From Lophium mytilinum (lineage: Eukaryota): a stretch of 64,000 nt of DNA. A model generated the notes under the pieces. That model saw nothing but the letters and a program-made list of their open reading frames with translations, did not search any database and was not told the origin of the DNA. Both the position numbers and the translations under genes were made by a program. The DNA is taken from contig MU004181.1 in NCBI GenBank assembly GCA_010093605.1, positions 1,736,001-1,800,000 on the forward strand, given 5' to 3'. Shown piece by piece: positions 52,285 to 64,000 of the stretch; within the stretch, counting starts at the first letter, position 1; each line of letters begins with the position of its first letter.

Positions 52285-53367
52285 TCACTTGATAGCCCTA
52301 ACTAGCTCTCTCAAGTCTCCGCCCTCGACCCACGGCGCCGCGGCACCTCCCCCGACACTCCCTAGTCCCCCACTACTCGAACCTCCAGTACTAACACCCC
52401 ATCCCTCTCCAACCTCTCCCACTACCCTCGCTGGCCGGCCGGCAACAACGGAGCCCGAGGGGATCACCATGTGAGAGGGGACGATGGTGTTTGGGAGGAT
52501 TTTGACGTTCTCTTTAACAATGGCGAAGGGTTGGATGACGACGTTTTCGCCAATGTGGACGTGGGAGGAGATTGAGATTGCGGAGATGATTGAGCCGGGG
52601 CCTAGAGGTGGTAGGATTAGTAAACGGTTCAGTACGTATTCGTGCGATAATGAATGTAATGTTGCATTGTCTTGAGATACAGTGACAACACACTATGTAT
52701 CCACTTTATGACCCTGAGATACAACTACGAATACAGAAAGTATAGATCTTACCGACAAAGACGTTGTCTCCAATCTTCATGGGATAGTAATGTACGGCTC
52801 CTCTGCTAATTCTGCTGGGAGGTTTTATTACAGATCCGGTCGATATCACGGTGCATCGGCCGATGCTGATGGAGGTAGATGGTGCTTCTGGTTTCGATGA
52901 GCTGGTACTAGATGGCATAGCCCGGGTTGGGTGAAGATCTCCTCGAAGATGGACATCGGATTGAATGACGGTGCGGCCGCCGAGGGTGATGTTGGCGGTT
53001 CCGGTGATGGCGGCACGGCGGGAGACTTTGTTGCCCGAGTCCTACAGTTCGACATGAGCTAAGAAGACATTGCGGCCATTCAGGATATATTTCGATTTGG
53101 ACTAAAAAGCACGGACTGAGGCGAAAGAGTAGTAGACTTTGGGAGGAATGCAACATTTGCGGTGTGGATGTTTTGCAGCGAAGATAGTCGACTTTAGAGA
53201 ATAAAGAGAGAACGAATCGTAGGAACGACGTAGTTCATTGCGCTCATACAAGGTTGAGGAGGATTTGAGGATGAAGCCTAGCACTGATATCCACAAGAAG
53301 CTCACAAACGTACCGTCTCTATGTACTCGCCTTTCGGCGCCGGTCTACGAGTGCTAGGTCGAGACAT
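52285..53367 (-). CDS. DCTN5: Dynactin subunit 5 (p25), 3 exons
   Basis: KGEYIET|DSGNKVSRRA...NITLGGRTVI...LRGDL; hexapeptide beta-helix repeats; VVAGRPARVVGEV. Confidence 0.92.
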
Positions 53368-54421
53368 CCTTGAGGGGCACCTCTGGAGCAAGCAGACATA
53401 GGTCTATACAAATGAGCGGGACTAGCTTGATGCCCCGCGTGATGGTGGAGCTGTTAGAACAGTAGTGGCTGCAAAGGGGACCTGCAGGGTTGCGATGAGG
53501 TCGATTATGACGGAAGGTATAGCCGAGATCACGTGTGATACTACAGGATTCAAACGCTCCACTTCCATCCGCAAATTGAGTGCGTGAATGTTCTTTGTAG
53601 TTGAAAGTTCAAGCGAAATCCTGTAAAGGACGAAATTGTTCGATTCTAGGACTGCAAGAAGGCTTATAATAATTCAATTTTGTATGATCAACGTCAGGGG
53701 CCTCTTTGCAGTGGCGCATAGAGGCTCCCAAAGCTCCGAGTAGAACAGCACACTCCGACTCCCTGCGAGCCTCTCGGTGTGTATACTGTAGTCTTGGAAT
53801 GTTAGGTGGAAAAAAGAGGCCATGGAGAAGATTAATACGCGCAGCCACAACGCCACATACCGCCACGAAAAGAATCTCAGGACAGGGTAGAATTCGGACC
53901 CCAAAAAACTAGAGCATGTGCAAGACACTGTAGTAAGGTTATGTGAGCAATTCACCCGGATCCACATGCACCCTACAAGGCCGCTACAAGGGGAGCAAAC
54001 TGTGACCTTAGCAGGTGTCGTCACACGCAGTGTATTTAAAGCAGCACGATGGGCAACTCAAGTGCCCGATGTAGCTTAGAGCTGGGTCCCTGAGCTTCTT
54101 TTAAGCTTGGCATCTGCAGGGCTGGGGCTGTGAGGTGGAGGCGTCCTGGGCGTGATCCACTGCGTACCTCGTCGTCGGCCTCAGCTGTGCCTCAGCATAC
54201 GAATCACTCAGCCTCTTCTCTTCACGCCCTCAGCTATTGCTCTATAACACCGCTGCCGCCTCCCAATTCCCCGTCTCGCGCTATCAACCCAAGACTGTGC
54301 TCGATCCAGTCCACTTTCGCTTCCCCTGACACCGTCGCTACAACAAACACGCTCCTCTCATCGCTCACCAGAAATCTGTCCTACCGCAGAGACTGCTTCC
54401 CCACGACATCTCTGGCCCAAG

Positions 54422-56143
54422 ATGGCCGCGAACGACTATTACAACGACCCTCCTCTCCGAATCAATCAACCTCTGCCACCCGACCCCCATGGACCAAGGC
54501 TTAACAACCCCCTCCCACCGACGCCGCTCAGCACGAGTCCCCACCCTCGTCCTACCGGCGCGACGCCCATTTCGCCCGTAGCCTCGCCCTTCGACGACCA
54601 CACATACCCAGACTACCCAATCAACTCTAAACCAACACCCTCAAATTACGGAGATACTGGCTACCATGGCGCCGGAGGGGGGTATCAACCAAACCCGTAT
54701 CACGACAGCTCAGACCCCTTCACAGACCAAAATGCTATCCCGCTGCACTCTCAGCACTCACAAGGGAAATTGGATGGCAGCCCCACGCGGTACAACGCAG
54801 ACCCCGAATCGAGATTCCCCGGGCAGCAGAAGAAAAAGGGCTGGTTTAAAGGGAAGATAACATGGGTAGTTTATATCCTCACTACGGTGCAAATAGGCGT
54901 CTTCATTGGCGAATTGATTAAGAATGGTACACATTGGCTCTTTCTTCTCCCCCAACTCCACAAACCTCGACCGCCAATCAACTACATAATGCTAACACGC
55001 CCCCAGCCATCCTCACCAAATCTCCTATCGAAATCCACCCGCAATTCAACATCATGATCGGCCCCTCCCCCTACGTCCTCATCAACATGGGCGCCCGATT
55101 TACTCCCTGCATGCACAACGTGCACAACGTGACCGACTTCCAGCTCGAGCTGCCCTGGCAATGTCCCAACTCCACCACGAACGACGCTGCGTGCACCCTC
55201 TCCCAGCTCTGCGGCTTCGGCGGCGTGCCTTACCAGAAACCCGGCACGCCCCTCTCCGACCGCTCGCACGAGCCAAACCAATGGTTCCGCTTCATCGTCC
55301 CCATGTTTCTGCATGCCGGGATCATCCATATCGGCTTCAACATGCTGCTCCAGCTGACCCTCGGCCGTGACATGGAGCTAGAGATCGGCTCCCTCCGCTT
55401 CGCCGTGGTCTACTTCTGCAGCGGCATCTTCGGTTTCGTGCTTGGTGGGAACTACGCCGCGCCCAGTATCTCATCCACCGGTGCTTCGGGCTCCCTGTTC
55501 GGTATCCTCGCGCTCGTGCTGCTGGATCTGGTTTACAACTGGTCCACCCGGCGCAGCCCTATCAAAGACCTTCTCTTCATCATCCTAGACATCGCCATCG
55601 CCTTCGTTCTTGGCCTGCTTCCCGGCCTGGACAACTTCTCCCACATCGGCGGTTTCCTCTGCGGTCTCGTCCTAGGCATCTGCCTCCTGCGCTCGCCACC
55701 AGCGCTGCGCGAGCGTGTGGGTGCCGACGAGCCGCCATACGCGGCCGTTGATACGACGCCCCTCGTCGACGGTGAGGGCGGCGGAATCAAGAAGTTCGCG
55801 AAGCAGCCGCTCGGCTTCTTCAAAGGGCGGAAGCCATTCTGGTGGGTGTGGTGGTTGTTCCGCGCCGGATGTTTGACCGGAGTGCTTGTGGGTTTCATCC
55901 TACTTTTGAAGAACTTCTACGTGTGGCGGAACGAGTGCTCGTGGTGTAAACATCTTTCATGTTTGGTAAGTTACTCCCCACGAAGTTGAATTCTGTCCTC
56001 AAAGCTAATTCCTATCTCAGCCCGTAAGCAACTGGTGCGACATAGGGGCTATCCGCCCCGAAATCGTGACTACGAATACCACCAGCAAGCGCGATCTTTT
56101 CGGCCTCGATGGCCTCGCGTCTTTGCCTCTCGGTGCCTTTTAG
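54422..56143 (+). CDS. Rhomboid-family intramembrane serine protease, 3 exons (last 56021-56143)
   Basis: NQWFRFIVPMFLHAGIIHIGFN; catalytic GASG and SHIGGF; CSWCKHLSCL|PVSNWC. Confidence 0.93.
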
Positions 56144-57039
56144 TTTTTCAAAGCGGCATTAGCCTATCGTAATGAAGTGCATTCTTATTGCAATCACGCA
56201 CGGACGCCCAACGCGGGCACAAAATTTAGTAACTCTACCTTTCATGGCGTTGGGTACTGGGTGCTTATGGATAGCATAGCCCATTCGGCGTTTACGGCAT
56301 CGTATACAGGATATTGAGCAGAATTAGCCGTTGGTCGGGCGGATACCAGGTCGAGATTGATGACTTTTGCAATGTTTGCTATTCGGCATTGAAATGTCAT
56401 GATGGAACGGACCAGATTCAAGAGCTGATTGTAGGACTCCCAGCATCACAGCAGACTGGATCAGGCATGGGAATGAATATACTACCTAATAGATTTTTTG
56501 AAATACAGGTGCTACTTTTGCTGGATTGATCTTCTGATCTGACCATGGTGTGACCCTCGTCGAGGATGTTCAGGGCAGTGCTGCCATAAGATGATGTCGC
56601 AGGGTGAAGAGTGTAGTGAAGTCAGGGGAAGGAAATGAAAGTAGGTCTAATTTGCCGTAAGTGTGTGAAATGAAAAGAAAGAGGACAGAAAGCAGAGTAG
56701 AAAAAAAGAACCGAAGTTGTCAAGTTTTGCCAATCTCATACCTCGCTGAGCCATCATAGAGAACGGCTAGCCGGTGTACGCACGTGTGACTGGAGGATGT
56801 TGTTCGAGGGATAGTTAAGGTCAAGGGGTAACAGAAAAGAAAGTGGATCGAAAGCAAAGGTGAACGCATGTGTTCAATCTTGACTGGCTTCACACTACAC
56901 TGGGCCACTGCAGAGAGCGACAGTCCGGTGTGTGCAATTATGACCCAACGGAATACTGCATCATATCAAGTGAGGGATAAGGCCAAGTGACGACCAAGAT
57001 GTGAGAACCCGTTGAGCTGAAACTCCTGAGCGAAAGCCC

Positions 57040-58567
57040 TTAGATCGTCCACTTAAGATAGTCCAGCTCCGAGCCTGGTTCCACCCAGTCCGGGGGCTTA
57101 GTCGCCTCGTATTGATTGTACCCCACAGGAATCGGCTGTTTTTCGACTTGGTACTTCTCCCCGGTAATAGGGTGCTCAAATTCCTCGATTTCGGGATTCT
57201 CGTGTGGAACATGGTCGGGGCGGATAGTGTATGTTGCGCCTAAGAAGCCGCCGGAGAACTCGTCCAGAGCTTGGGTGAATTTGTCACTCTTCGAAAGGTA
57301 GCAACGGCTGTTCGGAGCCTCGGAGTGCGCAATCAATGCTGCACTAGATTTGAAAAGCTTGCAGCAAGACGGGCACCGCTGATCCTTCATACGGTGAATA
57401 TGGAGGATGTGCGTTTCCAGGTCGAAGTCATTCGCGAACTTGTCCCTATGATTAGTTTAGCAAGCTTTCGGTTCATAGGGGCCACACAGGACTTACTCGC
57501 AATGAGGAAACGGACATTGGTACGTCATGAGGATCGGATGAAAGAACCGCTGAGGATCAAAGTCCTTACACGTAGGATCCCAAAACCTATTCTTGAACAG
57601 GTTTATCTGGTTGTTTTCATCGACCAAGTCACGCGCCCTTATTTTATACTTCCATGCGTCGTCAACCGGAGTCTCCTTGGCTTTCGGGAAGAGTGTCTTC
57701 GAGACTCCGGCGCCAGACCAAGGATTCTTGGGCTCGAAAACACCTAGGTCAGCGATGTTGGAACCAACAGTTGGCTGAGAGGTTGGAGAAACGCTCATCT
57801 TGGCAACACGCGCCATCACACCGTCCATCTCGGGTTTCCCCTCCGGCTTCGACGACGGCAAGGCAGGGAAGCTTTCCCCGAGTCGGGGTGTGTTAATGGA
57901 TTCAGGCGTCTTCTCTGGCTCCAAAGCTTCGTACTCAAGCATGGGGCCTTGACAGTCATCGAGCAGAGCAACACCCCCTCCCTCGTCGTCATCTTGGGCC
58001 GCTTCTGCGTAGCCTGCGAGGGCATTTATCTTCGATAGCTGCTCCGGGGACTTGAGAAGTTTCGTGACGATAGTCTTGTGAGCTAAATGCCCAGCGAACT
58101 GAGCGGCACTGATTTTCGGGCACTGTCCTTTCTCAAGGTGATTGATCATCTGTGATGCTCGTGCGAACGTTTCGCCGCACCCGATGCATGGGACGTTCTG
58201 ATCAACAGGGTGGGACTTTACAAATGTTAGCACGTAGTGTTAAGCACGAGAGTTTGAGGGGTAAACTTACGGCGTCTAGATGGCGCTTCATGCCACTTAT
58301 CGACCCAAACTCCTCCCCGCAAACCCGGCAAGCCGCTGGATGCTGAAGAGGCTCCTCCGACTTGTGTTTGACGTAGGCTGCCCAATCCGGGAAGTCTTTG
58401 TCGCATTTGTAGCAGTAATCATGATCGTCTTGATACTTCTTATGGCGCCTTAGGTCTTTATAGGTCTTGAACTTCTGGTTGCAGGGATGACCGGTTTCCA
58501 AATCTGTGTAGCCGCTGCATTGATGTTTGTGAGAGGCGGCGAAGCCCGTCTCGTTTTCACTGGCCAT
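57040..58567 (-). CDS. C2H2 zinc-finger protein, 3 exons
   Basis: Multiple CxxC...H motifs (CYKCDKDF, CRVCGEEF, CIGCGETF, CPSCCKLF) across three ORFs joined by GT-AG introns. Confidence 0.85.
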
Positions 58568-59457
58568 GACTGCCGTGCTTGGAGGTTCGAACGGAGGTCT
58601 GGTGGTGGCGTGAAGATGATGTTTCTGGCAAGTTCACTGAGGTGGAGGCTTCAGCCAAGCTAGGAAGCTGTGAGGGTGTGATTGATCGATGAGGTGAAAG
58701 AGAGAAAGGCCAGCGAGATAGTTTTGAAATTTTGACCCTGACTGTCGGCCAAAGGAAGCGGCTGTGTTCACGTTGCCGTTCCGCTGCGAAGAGGCCGCCT
58801 TCGTCGGAGTTAGTTGAGCTGACGAAGAGCCCGATGAGGTAGAAGGGAGATCTTCAAGAAGAAGGAGGATAGTGCCGAAGAAAAGCCCAATAGGTTGAAT
58901 AGATGACAGGTGAAGTTCGTGAAGTCGAAGAGGAAGTGAGGTTGACGTCTGAGGTTGAATCGAATCTGGAAGTCGCGCTAAGACCTACCTAGTTTTGACG
59001 TCTTCCGCAACTGTGAAAAAAGCTGAGTGCCAGGAAGGGTTTGCATCAGAGTGGAGCTAAGCTGAAGAATGGGATGTCCTAGTCGAGCCTCAGACAGTGT
59101 CAGTGACGCGCAAGTTACTATATTAGATGCTCGCAACACCGTTGTCGAGGATAGTCTCGCGTAGGATACCATTGGGTAAAGATAGATTATTATCCACAGC
59201 AAAAACAACGTTGATTACGCAAATGTAAGCTTTCGCTACTGCTCTGGCCAGTCTACCATACCAAGGTTTATTGGATGCCACAGTATATCAGTCTTCAGCT
59301 TCACAGCAACTTCTTTGCACCATGAAAAGTCGTTGGATCATATTAATTGGAGTGGGTTTCTTAGTTTCTTTAATCAAAACCAGTACTAGATTCAAATCCT
59401 CGTACTACCAATGGAGGACCATACATGCGCCCCGAGGTAGTTTTTGTTTCTTGTCGT

Positions 59458-60175
59458 CTAGAATCGCGAGTACGGAAGCCTGGGGAGGTTAGAAGAATCA
59501 TAATAGTAACACGGAGGGCTCACCATTTGCCCCTGAGCGTAATGACAGCCCAGTCACCCTTCTCATCCGTCTCCTTTTCCACTTTGGTCGAAAAACTGAT
59601 CGCGCTCATGATGCCATCGCCGAACTTCTCATTCAACACAGCCTTATATGCGTATCCATAGTTTTGTACAATCTCGAAGAGTCTGTAGATCAGAGGTTCT
59701 CTTGGAGGCATGTCCAGCGTACGGCCGCGATCTGGGATGCCAGAGAGCTGCGACTCCAACTTCTCCGAGGGTATTCCGAGTAGCTCTGATAGGCCTTTGA
59801 TGTCCTCTGCGGACGCCTGCGCCTGTCCGTAGAACAGGGCTGCGACGGCGACCTCTTCGCGGCCAATGTGCTTTGCAATAGCCTCAAAGGTCAAGTTCTT
59901 TTGCTTCTTTGCTTCAAAAAGAGTTGGGGAGGACTCTGGTAGGCGGGGGATGAGGGATGCCTGTTGAGTGCGTTAGCATGGTTCAAGAAGCTGCACAGAA
60001 GGAACTACTGTCCACGCACATCCAACGTTACAATGCGATTACTAGCCATCTTCGTGAAATGGAAGGCGCGCGCTTGCTGGAGAGCTGTATATGATATTTG
60101 TGGACGGGTGAAGGTGGACGCGTAGGGTACAATGGCACGTTTCGCGAGTCTGGTGGAGATAGCAAAGGCAGACAT
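59458..60175 (-). CDS. cyn1: Cyanate hydratase (cyanase); conserved start 60049, upstream in-frame ATG 60175; introns 60019-59961 and 59523-59480
   Basis: [55 protein letters not shown]. Confidence 0.96.
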
Positions 60176-60448
60176 AATGGCTCGAAGAATGGAGCTATAT
60201 ATACTGGTGGGCGGATCAATGGACGACTTGCAACAATGGAGGGGCCTACTTGTACGTGATGCGGGGAGGCCCCGAGAGATGACCGAGTGCAGCATGTCAT
60301 CGATGACCATCGGCACGCCGAGAAGATCGTCGGCACGGCATATCTGGGGCTGATTCTTGATGGGATTAGTTGCTTTGATTATCTCACGGGCCGCGAAGTC
60401 TAGCGTCTCTTCTCCGCGGTGAATGGTGTTGGTGATGAAGACCATCTA

Positions 60449-60858
60449 CAGTCTTTTGACACGTCCGGTGACCCAGCGCTAAACTGAGTCGATCCTGGTA
60501 TTCCTCTTTTCCGGGCTAGAACTTAAGCGACTCGAGAATTGGTTGGTCAGAAGGGTGCTATTCCTCCCTAAAGGCGCTCGGAGTCGCTCCTTTACAGCAT
60601 CTTTGTACGTCCGGTGACTTAGCGCGGAAACTGAGTCGACCCCTGAAAACTCCCTTTTCTGGGCTAATAACGAGCTGGCTTGAAGAATCATTGGCTAGGC
60701 AGCTGTTATTCCCCCCTAAAGGCGTCCGGAATCACTACCTTATAGGGTAAGTTTGTGGCTTGATTTTGACGCTAGGTCACCGGACGTACAAAGATGCTGT
60801 ATACGGTAAGTTTGTGGCTTGGTATTAGAGAGTGTCCACCGGACGTGTCAAGAGGCTG
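60449..60858. mobile_element. Outer (older) MITE, Tc1/mariner-type, ~203 bp after removing the nested insert
   Basis: TA at 60447-48 and 60859-60; 22-bp TIRs CAGTCTTTTGACACGTCCGGTG / CAGCCTCTTGACACGTCCGGTG (20/22). Confidence 0.88.
60595..60799. mobile_element. Inner (younger) 205-bp MITE of the same family
   Basis: TA at 60593-94 and 60800-01; 30-bp TIRs CAGCATCTTTGTACGTCCGGTGAC(T/C)TAGCG (29/30). Confidence 0.92.
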
Positions 60859-61057
60859 TAGACTTCCCATCACCGCTAGGGCTCCATGCAGCGGATCCTG
60901 CAGGGATGTCCCTCAGCCCTGAGAAATCGCTCCAGCTGAGACGCGGGGGGCTTTGCCAAGCCTGATTGCCCTCCACTACGACACTGAAGCATTGAAGCAT
61001 TGAGGAGCGCCTCACACTGTCCATGGACCTAATCTGAGAGATACCCGGCTTGTGCAA

Positions 61058-64000
61058 ATGTCGAATCACAACGACGACCCTCTCGCCTACGGCGACTACC
61101 ACGACGGAGGGCAGCAAGGCGAGGAGGGAGAGAGGGGCATTATCGGGGACGTCACGAAGCGCTTCTTTGGCAGAAAGCCTCAAGCACAGCAATCGGTAGG
61201 GACTTTCATACTATTGATTAGATTCTATATCTTGGGCCGTTTAGTTCGCACTGCTTTGGAGCTCTTTGGATTCAGGTTCGTCAGTGAAGCTATATGTTCT
61301 ATAGTGCTGCATCTGCCATCAATTTCCATATGTTGATCTCACTCTACTAGAGATATCCTGAAAGCTACATTGAACTGACACCAAAACTTCAGAACGTCAC
61401 TCAGACTTATCAGCCTCACCTCCAAGGTCAACCGACTCAAGGCCAACCGCCGCCAACCCAGTCCTCAGCATCCTCCTCTGCCGGCGGAATGTCATTCGTA
61501 TTTGATAAACTACACACCTCGATACATGCCATCGGCAAAGAGGTCAAGAACCGGATGTCTGCCCCCGGGGACAGTCATAGCCACACCCACGAAGCCGGCG
61601 TCTGTAGCGAAGGCACACATGATGAACATCAAGACCATCGCTTCCTGAGCTTTGCACCGCAACGAGCGATTGGGAATGATATAAAGTGGTACGTGGATGC
61701 CTGTGGGTATATGTGGGCTGTCTCAATCGCCCTGGAGCGGGCAAAGGAATCTATCTGGATTCTTGACTGGTGGCTGTCGCCAGAACTGTATCTTCGAAGA
61801 CCTCCTGCTAAACATGAGCAATATCGTCTCGACCGAATGCTGGGAGCGGCAGCTGCGCGAGGCGTCAAAATCAATATCATTGTATACAAAGAGGTCACGC
61901 AAGCCCTTACCCGTAAGTTGATAAATCCAACATTACCCGATTATCTTCACTCCCTTCTCCCCGAGTCAACCGATCCGATCACGAAGTTCCTTACAAAAGC
62001 GGGCCTACATGTTACATTCAAATCACTCGAAAAAGTAGAAGAAGAGAATCCACTAATCGCGCCTCCTATATCAGTTTGTTCGGCACACACCAAGCATGCA
62101 TTAGAGGCTCTACATCCCAACATTGCCGTCTTCCGCCACCCCGACCATCTACCTGACCGTCAGAATCTCACATCATCTTTCGTTTCATCCCTGCAAAGCA
62201 TGAACTTCTCTACTGCATCACTATCGAAGCTGCCCGTGGATAGCTTGAAAGCGATATACGGCATGAATGACGATGCTGTTCTTTACTGGGCCCATCACGA
62301 AAAGCTTTGCCTAGTCGATGGACAAATTGCCTTCATGGGCGGTCTAGATCTCTGCTATGGCCGATGGGATACCAATCAACATTCCATTGCCGATGCCCAC
62401 CCAGGAAACCTTGACGATATTGTCTTCCCCGGACAAGACTACAACAATGCGAGAATAATGGACTTCCAGGATGTCTATCACTGGCAGAACAACAAATTGG
62501 ATAGGACGACAAGCTCTCGAATGGGCTGGTCAGACGTCTCGCTCTCACTTAGCGGCCCAGTAGTTAGGGACTTGCAGACTCATTTCACTCAGCGGTGGAA
62601 CTTCATCTACGATGAGAAGTACACAGTCCGAAAAGACGCCAGATATCATAAGTTTCCCGTCACCGGAGATCTCTCAACTGCTGGATATCCACCTTCGCAG
62701 CCTTCGAGAGGCATCGATGACGACGAACGTGGACTAGAGTATGGGGAGGAAGGAGATCGCGGATTCTCTGGTGGTCGCGACGGCGCTGAGTCAGGCGGGT
62801 TTCGACACAGGTTCCTCGACAAGGTTGGCGAAGGAATGCAACGACTTGATCAGCGATACGGCCAGCACGGCAGCTACCAAGACCAACAAAGCTATCAAGG
62901 TGCTCAACAAGGTGGTGTTTCTTGTCAGCTCACCAGAAGCTGTGCTAAGTGGAGTCACGGCGTTGCTGTTGAAGTAAGTACTAAAGCTCATCCGTCACGA
63001 TACAGAACCGTGCTAACATCTACAGCACTCGATCGCCAACGCTTATATTGAGGTTATAAGAAACAGCCAGCACTTCGTTTACATCGAGAATCAGTTCTTC
63101 ATCACCGCCACTGTCGATAACCAGAAACCAATCAAGAACAAAATCGCCGCTGCTATTGTCGAGCGCATCGTTCGTGCAGCAAGAAACGGCGAGAATTACA
63201 AGATGATGGTCATGATACCGGCCATCCCAGCTTTCGCAGGCGATCTGAAGACAGATGAAGCACTGAGCACTCGCGCTATCATGGAGTTCCAGTACGATTC
63301 TATCAACCGGGGTGGACACAGCATCTACGAGAGCATTGCCCGCGAAGGTTTCAACCCCATGGACTACATTCGCTTTTACAATCTACGCAGCTATGACCGT
63401 ATCAACGCTAGCGGTGCCATGCGCGAAGCAGAGAAGCAGAGTGGAGTATCTTACGAGGAGGCCCGTAGTCAGCATGACGTCGCGGTTGGTGGTGTATATG
63501 ACGGTGGAAGTAATCCGGAATATCAAGCCTACCAACCCCCTGGATCCCAGCCCCCACCACCATTACCAGTCTACGAGATGGATGCTGGCTATGGCCAGCC
63601 CCCGGCACCAATTCCCACTGCTGCCTACCAGCAATACCAGCAACAAGGAGCCGCCAAGGTCGGTGGGCCCATGGGAAGTGGTCGCTGGGACTCTGTCAGC
63701 GAATGCTACATGCTCGGCGGCGAAGACATCAGGAACGTGCCTTGGGAAGGCGGCGGAGTGGACGAGATCGACGCTTTCGTCAGCGAAGAACTCTATATAC
63801 ACAGCAAAGTAAGCCTCCCCTCCTGATCTCCCAACCCCTCATCCCGCTAATATCTCCCAAGCTCCTCATCGCTGACGACCGCATCGTAATCTGCGGTTCC
63901 GCCAACCTAAACGACCGTTCTCAGCTCGGTGACCACGACTCCGAAATCGCCCTCATCATTGAAGACCCCGCGCCTCTCGACTCCTACATGGGCGGCCAGC
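61058..64000 (+). CDS. Phospholipase D (two HKD motifs, no PX/PH domain seen); runs off the window end
   Basis: [69 protein letters not shown]. Confidence 0.95.

Noticed and set aside
59458..60175. Cyanase-carbonic anhydrase (CCA) cluster
   Set aside because: No carbonic anhydrase next to the cyanase; its neighbours are a C2H2 gene and PLD
61196..61392. Possible stwintron in PLD intron 1 (internal ag|TTCGC and ag|GTTCGT)
   Set aside because: The simple phase-0 intron already gives the right frame and the internal branch sites are poor

Overview
Gene-dense, intron-rich filamentous ascomycete DNA (Pezizomycotina; probably Eurotiomycetes, inferred from gene content and intron signals only). 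About 24 intact protein genes can be supported, mostly housekeeping: nucleoside hydrolase, ferric-reductase-like protein, TeaR, RPS12, TAD1, NT-C2 protein, SLS1/Rmp1-like protein, TEF1, a divergent acyl-CoA dehydrogenase / acyl-CoA ligase pair with peroxisomal signals, group II G-alpha, mS38/COX24-like protein, dynactin p25, rhomboid protease, C2H2 protein, cyanase and a 3'-truncated phospholipase D. The most interesting signals are not in the ORF track. (1) A U6 snRNA gene is split by a 51-nt spliceosomal intron between the ACAGAGA box and the AGC triad. (2) Head-to-head with it lies an inverted, 5'-less second U6 copy whose RNA core is 48/49 identical while its flank is clearly diverged. (3) A ~205-bp TA-flanked MITE is nested inside an older copy of its own family in the cyanase/PLD divergent promoter. 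(4) PLD has a 162-nt stop-free in-frame intron. (5) The cyanase has an in-frame mitochondrial-presequence-like extension. (6) A ~4-kb block holds three adjacent decaying genes. All splice models were derived by eye and no database searches were run.
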